From Octopus bimaculoides (Eukaryota), in assembly GCF_001194135.2 (NCBI RefSeq), contig NC_068989.1:1953479-2017478 (forward strand): a stretch of 64,000 nt of DNA, written 5' to 3'. Under the pieces are notes generated by a model that worked only from the letters and a program-made list of their open reading frames with translations, ran no database searches and was not told the DNA's origin. Both the position numbers and the translations under genes were made by a program. Each line of letters starts with the position of its first letter. Position 1 is the first letter of the stretch. Positions 62,101 to 64,000 of the stretch are shown in pieces.

Positions 62101-63661
62101 ATTGGCAATAAACACTCATAACTTGTCTAACTGTAAATTTTGTGGATAGTAAATTCACTTTTTTCAGATTAAATGCTGTTGTCATGGTAACAACATCAGT
62201 CAGACTGCTGCTGCTTAGTCTAAGGTCAACCTTGATTAAACTGATCGATTACCAAAGGTGTTTGAATTGTGATCTCACAACTATTTCTGCTGTCTGTTCC
62301 TAAGTCATAGTGTATCAAGGACTATATCATCCAATGTATTTCCCCTATTTATTATTTTTTTAAAATGGTGTATGTTCTTTTAGCAGGTTGACCAATCATA
62401 TTGAAACTTTTACACTGATCCCTACTGATATTGTTCCTTAGCTCTGATCAAGCAAACTCCTATGATCCCTAAGGTGTTGAGTGAACGAAGAGCCAACTAT
62501 GGGAACAGGTGGCACCAAATAAACAATCATGATGGAAATGTCTGAGAGGATAAAAATTCATACCAAGATCATTTTTCTGTAACTGTCGTTTCTTTCTGTC
62601 TGTGAGCCACTGGAAATGAAAATAAAAGAGAACTGAAAAGTTACCAAAAACATCAGCTAAGAACGAGATGTTGACATATTTTCAGAATGTATCTTACATT
62701 TCACATTTATTAATAAAAAAAACCTTGTAAATAACAACGTTTGTTACTATTTAGCCCCAGGTCAGTGCTGGTGATCACAGAAAATATGAGCCTTCTATTC
62801 AAGTTTTGTTGATCTACTGTTGGATGAAAGCTTCAAAATACTGTTCATCGCTTATCCATGCTACTTGTAGTTCCTCATTCTCCACACTAGCCATTTACAG
62901 TTACATGCGATATACCTATATTCGTAGTGATTGGCCCTGCCATTTAGCACCTTAGCAGAATTTGAACTTAGAAAGCAAAGAGCCAGAGTTGATTCCACAA
63001 GACTTAACTTATCTAACAATTCCACCATTTCACTGCACTGGACTCCTACTTCATCGACTCCGAAGGGCTGAAAGAATATACATAGCACATACAAACACAC
63101 GCGAGACATGATGATGGGAGGCAGTGTGTTAAGGTATTTGGGTTCTAATCTCATCGCCTACAATGTACTTAATAGAAATTTCAAGTGATTACAGTTTGCC
63201 AATTAGTTTCAATAGCTGGTGGAGTTGCTTCTTTTTGTTGTTACTTCATTAATTATTCATCCTTCTAATCAGCAATTCCACTCTAAATGAGAAATCCTGG
63301 AGTAAAAACGTACATTTGTTACAGAATCGGAGATTTTAGGAATAAATAACCAGTAATTATGTTTTCCCAATTTGATTATATAATATAGTTGTAATAATAT
63401 AATCATATTTTAATTAAATGTATTTCTTTAAATTCGAATCTCTTTCTAAAAACCGATCGAAACCGAAGAACGAAATATCGTTTAACAAAGTTATTTTGAA
63501 ACAACACCACGTGAATGAGACGAAAGTTTTACATAAATGATATCGAAGTAAACTCAAAGAAAAAATAAAAAAAACACTTAAGATTAATGATTTACCTCAG
63601 GAAGGGATTTCCCTGCACTCAAGTTGTATATTTTCACTTCATTGGCGTAAGAAAATTGCAT
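43728..63661 (-). CDS. NOL10: Nucleolar protein 10 (NOL10/Enp2 ortholog; WD40-type N-terminal region plus acidic/basic C-terminus), 19 coding exons, 708 aa
   Basis: 19 exons sum to 2127 nt with consistent phases. Motifs include NEVKIYNLSAGKSLPEWL, IELIQD.EMP, YKPRV.CYD, VYRLNLE.GRF, ECWDPR, VLLYDLRS, G.APKWCSFLD.LTEELEE, VYDDYKFVT, LRAYMHG.F.D.RLY and RKKLRRSA, recognised from recalled human NOL10. Confidence 0.96.
44731..44833 (-). CDS. NOL10: NOL10 exon 18 (RSLFERLNEE...MEFSFTLKK)
   Basis: acceptor cttttag; donor AAG|GTAAGT. Confidence 0.9.
45995..46287 (-). CDS. NOL10: NOL10 exon 17 (QEELEGKASEDESS...KPKFFELKEG...KKKN)
   Basis: acceptor ccttacag; donor AA|GTTAGT. Confidence 0.9.
46500..46845. 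repeat. Degenerate GA-rich minisatellite in NOL10 intron 16
   Basis: Recurring units such as gcaataaggaggagacaggaga and gagacagaagaaagagtaagaa.gag.gggagggagta. Confidence 0.75.
46857..47045 (-). CDS. NOL10: NOL10 exon 16 (KSEKLPNLLKDKRFAAMF...FKPVE)
   Basis: acceptor ccccacag; donor GAG|GTATGC. Confidence 0.92.
47244..47324 (-). CDS. NOL10: NOL10 exon 15 (KLPPINKDLALKLMEDLEDEKQGADAK)
   Basis: acceptor ggtgcag; donor AAG|GTCAGT. Confidence 0.92.
48032..48130 (-). CDS. NOL10: NOL10 exon 14 (AKAIIEPFAYDKYKKEKIR...VKLE)
   Basis: acceptor ttttgcAAG (less common AAG); donor GAG|GTTTGT. Confidence 0.9.
48869..48939 (+). pseudogene. Degenerate tRNA-like sequence (tRNA pseudogene or isolated SINE head)
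   Basis: A box tggtccagtggtagaa, perfect T arm GTGGG-TTCAAGT-CCCAC, partial acceptor tgctt/aagca, TTTT at 48940-48943; anticodon arm irregular. Confidence 0.45.
49212..49339 (-). CDS. NOL10: NOL10 exon 13 (VYDDYKFVT...DTRLYHK)
   Basis: acceptor atttcag; donor AAG|GTAGGG. Confidence 0.93.
49995..50073 (-). CDS. NOL10: NOL10 exon 12 (SIGTAPKWCSFLDSLTEELEESKIET)
   Basis: acceptor cctttcag; donor G|GTAAGT. Confidence 0.93.
51111..51230 (-). CDS. NOL10: NOL10 exon 11 (GKAYTAIEPG...VYFLP)
   Basis: acceptor gttttcag; donor CCA|GTAAGC. Confidence 0.93.
51556..51705 (-). CDS. NOL10: NOL10 exon 10 (VLLYDLRSNQPLLVKDH...FWNQLT)
   Basis: acceptor gatttcag; donor ACA|GTAAGT. Confidence 0.93.
52062..52333 (+). 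mobile_element. Composite element: tRNA-sized Pol III-type head, (AAC)-rich linker, Penelope-type hammerhead-like 3' part
   Basis: Head 52062-52135 (GGTGAC...GTGACC stem, tggagtggttaag A box, gagtttgattcc B box). Hammerhead-like motif 52225-52267, then the family tail to about 52333. Confidence 0.65.
52682..52760 (-). CDS. NOL10: NOL10 exon 9 (VDSKPAVTALKYQDALKFGIGTSSGH)
   Basis: acceptor cttttcag; donor CAT|GTTAGT. Confidence 0.92.
53805..53881 (-). CDS. NOL10: NOL10 exon 8 (GTIECWDPRSKTRVGLL...HI)
   Basis: acceptor catttcag; donor AA|GTAAGC. Confidence 0.92.
54440..54575 (+). mobile_element. CR1/L2-type LINE RT C-terminal relic
   Basis: Frameshifted HSIHDF/RNIFFMLRIAEAWNKLP...TTSFKTS, resembling the FF..R....WN.LP end of CR1/L2 ORF2. 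Confidence 0.5.
55152..55212 (-). CDS. NOL10: NOL10 exon 7 (TSNCCDMNMYHELFTCGTRE)
   Basis: acceptor cttcacag; donor GAA|GTAAGT. Confidence 0.9.
56440..56505 (-). CDS. NOL10: NOL10 exon 6 (SQVYRLNLELGRFMLPFQTNS)
   Basis: acceptor cttctccag; donor AC|GTAAGT. Confidence 0.93.
56648..56798. repeat. 68-bp inverted repeat (hairpin) with a 15-nt loop in NOL10 intron 5
   Basis: 56648-56715 is the reverse complement of 56731-56798 except for one mismatch (56683/56763). Confidence 0.95.
57353..57489 (-). CDS. NOL10: NOL10 exon 5 (LVFLEVNRYVEFH...DLFIVGA)
   Basis: acceptor ctcttccag; donor AG|GTTTGT. Confidence 0.93.
58021..59281 (+). mobile_element. 5'-truncated, apparently young RTE-clade LINE spanning an assembly gap (NOL10 intron 4, antisense)
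   Basis: Uninterrupted frame FQGEKLEVVDSFRYLGDQVSSGGGC...KGRLYDACVRTTMLHGSETWAV...ASMLRWMCN up to the gap (58362-59040), then a family-A 3' end with (GAT)n tail. Continuity across the gap is inferred. Confidence 0.8.
59631..59746 (-). CDS. NOL10: NOL10 exon 4 (GSYKPRVHCYD...SEDYSK)
   Basis: acceptor gttgcag; donor AAG|GTAATA. Confidence 0.93.
59826..59970 (+). mobile_element. mariner 3' end with TIR
   Basis: ERNSDYVEK* followed by ...ggcattattttttgactcaccctcgta (reverse complement TACGAGGGTGAGTCAAAAAATAATGCC). Confidence 0.75.
61012..61110 (-). CDS. NOL10: NOL10 exon 3 (DIRQRIELIQDLEMP...IYVT)
   Basis: acceptor cttattag; donor G|GTTAGT. Confidence 0.93.
62564..62609 (-). CDS. NOL10: NOL10 exon 2 (WLTDRKKRQLQKNDL)
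   Basis: acceptor tttccag; donor G|GTATGA. Confidence 0.93.
63596..63661 (-). CDS. NOL10: NOL10 exon 1 (MQFSYANEVKIYNLSAGKSLPE)
   Basis: ATG 63661; donor GAG|GTAAAT. Confidence 0.93.
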
Positions 63662-64000
63662 TTTGGAAATAAAAACTTGGCATTTAATAAAATAGTCCAC
63701 ATTGAGAAACCATGTTGCAATTTATACCGGTGTCAACCGAACTTTTTCTCTCATGGTAAAATATTCCACTCCCGCTTATGCAGTATATGTCATTAATTTA
63801 ATACAAATTACGTTTTACATTAATTTACTTTTTAGCTTCCTGTTTTTCTTTTTCTTCGTTAATTTATGGACGAACTTCAGTGGTTTCATTCTTCACAGCA
63901 GAGGACATTAGGAGAATGTTCAGGTTTAATACGTTTTATTGTCTTTACAGAAATGTTTTAGTCGCAGGTCAGTCCTGAATGCGTTGACCTATGATGAAAA

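Noticed and set aside
43866-63595. Intronic snoRNAs expected in a ribosome-biogenesis gene
   Set aside because: I found no convincing C/D box pair with terminal stem or H/ACA structure by eye; snoscan/snoReport/Infernal would be needed
21423-63661. Functional 'RNA/translation modification cluster' (tRNA, QTMAN, FAM173, NOL10)
   Set aside because: The genes act in unrelated compartments and pathways; housekeeping-gene proximity suffices without synteny evidence
63880-64000. Possible start of a divergent plus-strand gene upstream of NOL10 (acceptor-like tctttacag at about 63949)
   Set aside because: Too little sequence; the apparent intron would be only 27 nt and no protein is recognisable
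1-64000. CRISPR arrays, operons or other prokaryotic systems
   Set aside because: The sequence is spliceosomal-intron-containing animal DNA; no regularly spaced repeat-spacer array is present

Overview
AT-rich, microsatellite- and repeat-dense animal genomic DNA with six assembly gaps. The repeat landscape and gene structure suggest an octopus/coleoid cephalopod; this is inferred, not demonstrated. Three intact multi-exon housekeeping genes were reconstructed by hand with GT-AG junctions and continuous reading frames: GTDC1/QTMAN (+, 8 exons, 22202-31813, 448 aa), a FAM173-family (ATPSCKMT-like) lysine methyltransferase (-, 4 exons, 41243-36615, 218 aa) and NOL10 (-, 19 exons, 63661-43728, 708 aa). 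A tRNA-Thr(AGT) gene (-, 21423-21496) lies head-to-head with GTDC1. The rest is mostly mobile DNA: several mariner relics/MITEs, a hAT (Buster/Charlie-like) relic, RTE LINE copies (one apparently young) and their abundant (GAT)n-tailed 3' ends, and at least three tRNA-headed SINE families. The most interesting signal is a repeat family whose three local copies jointly spell a minimal type-I hammerhead ribozyme of the Penelope-like-element type. In one copy (52062-52333) it sits downstream of a tRNA-sized Pol III-type head, suggesting a tRNA-promoter/ribozyme retroelement. Every local copy is damaged in the catalytic core, so activity is inferred only for the consensus. Long, near-perfect intronic hairpins in GTDC1 and NOL10 are candidate ADAR substrates.
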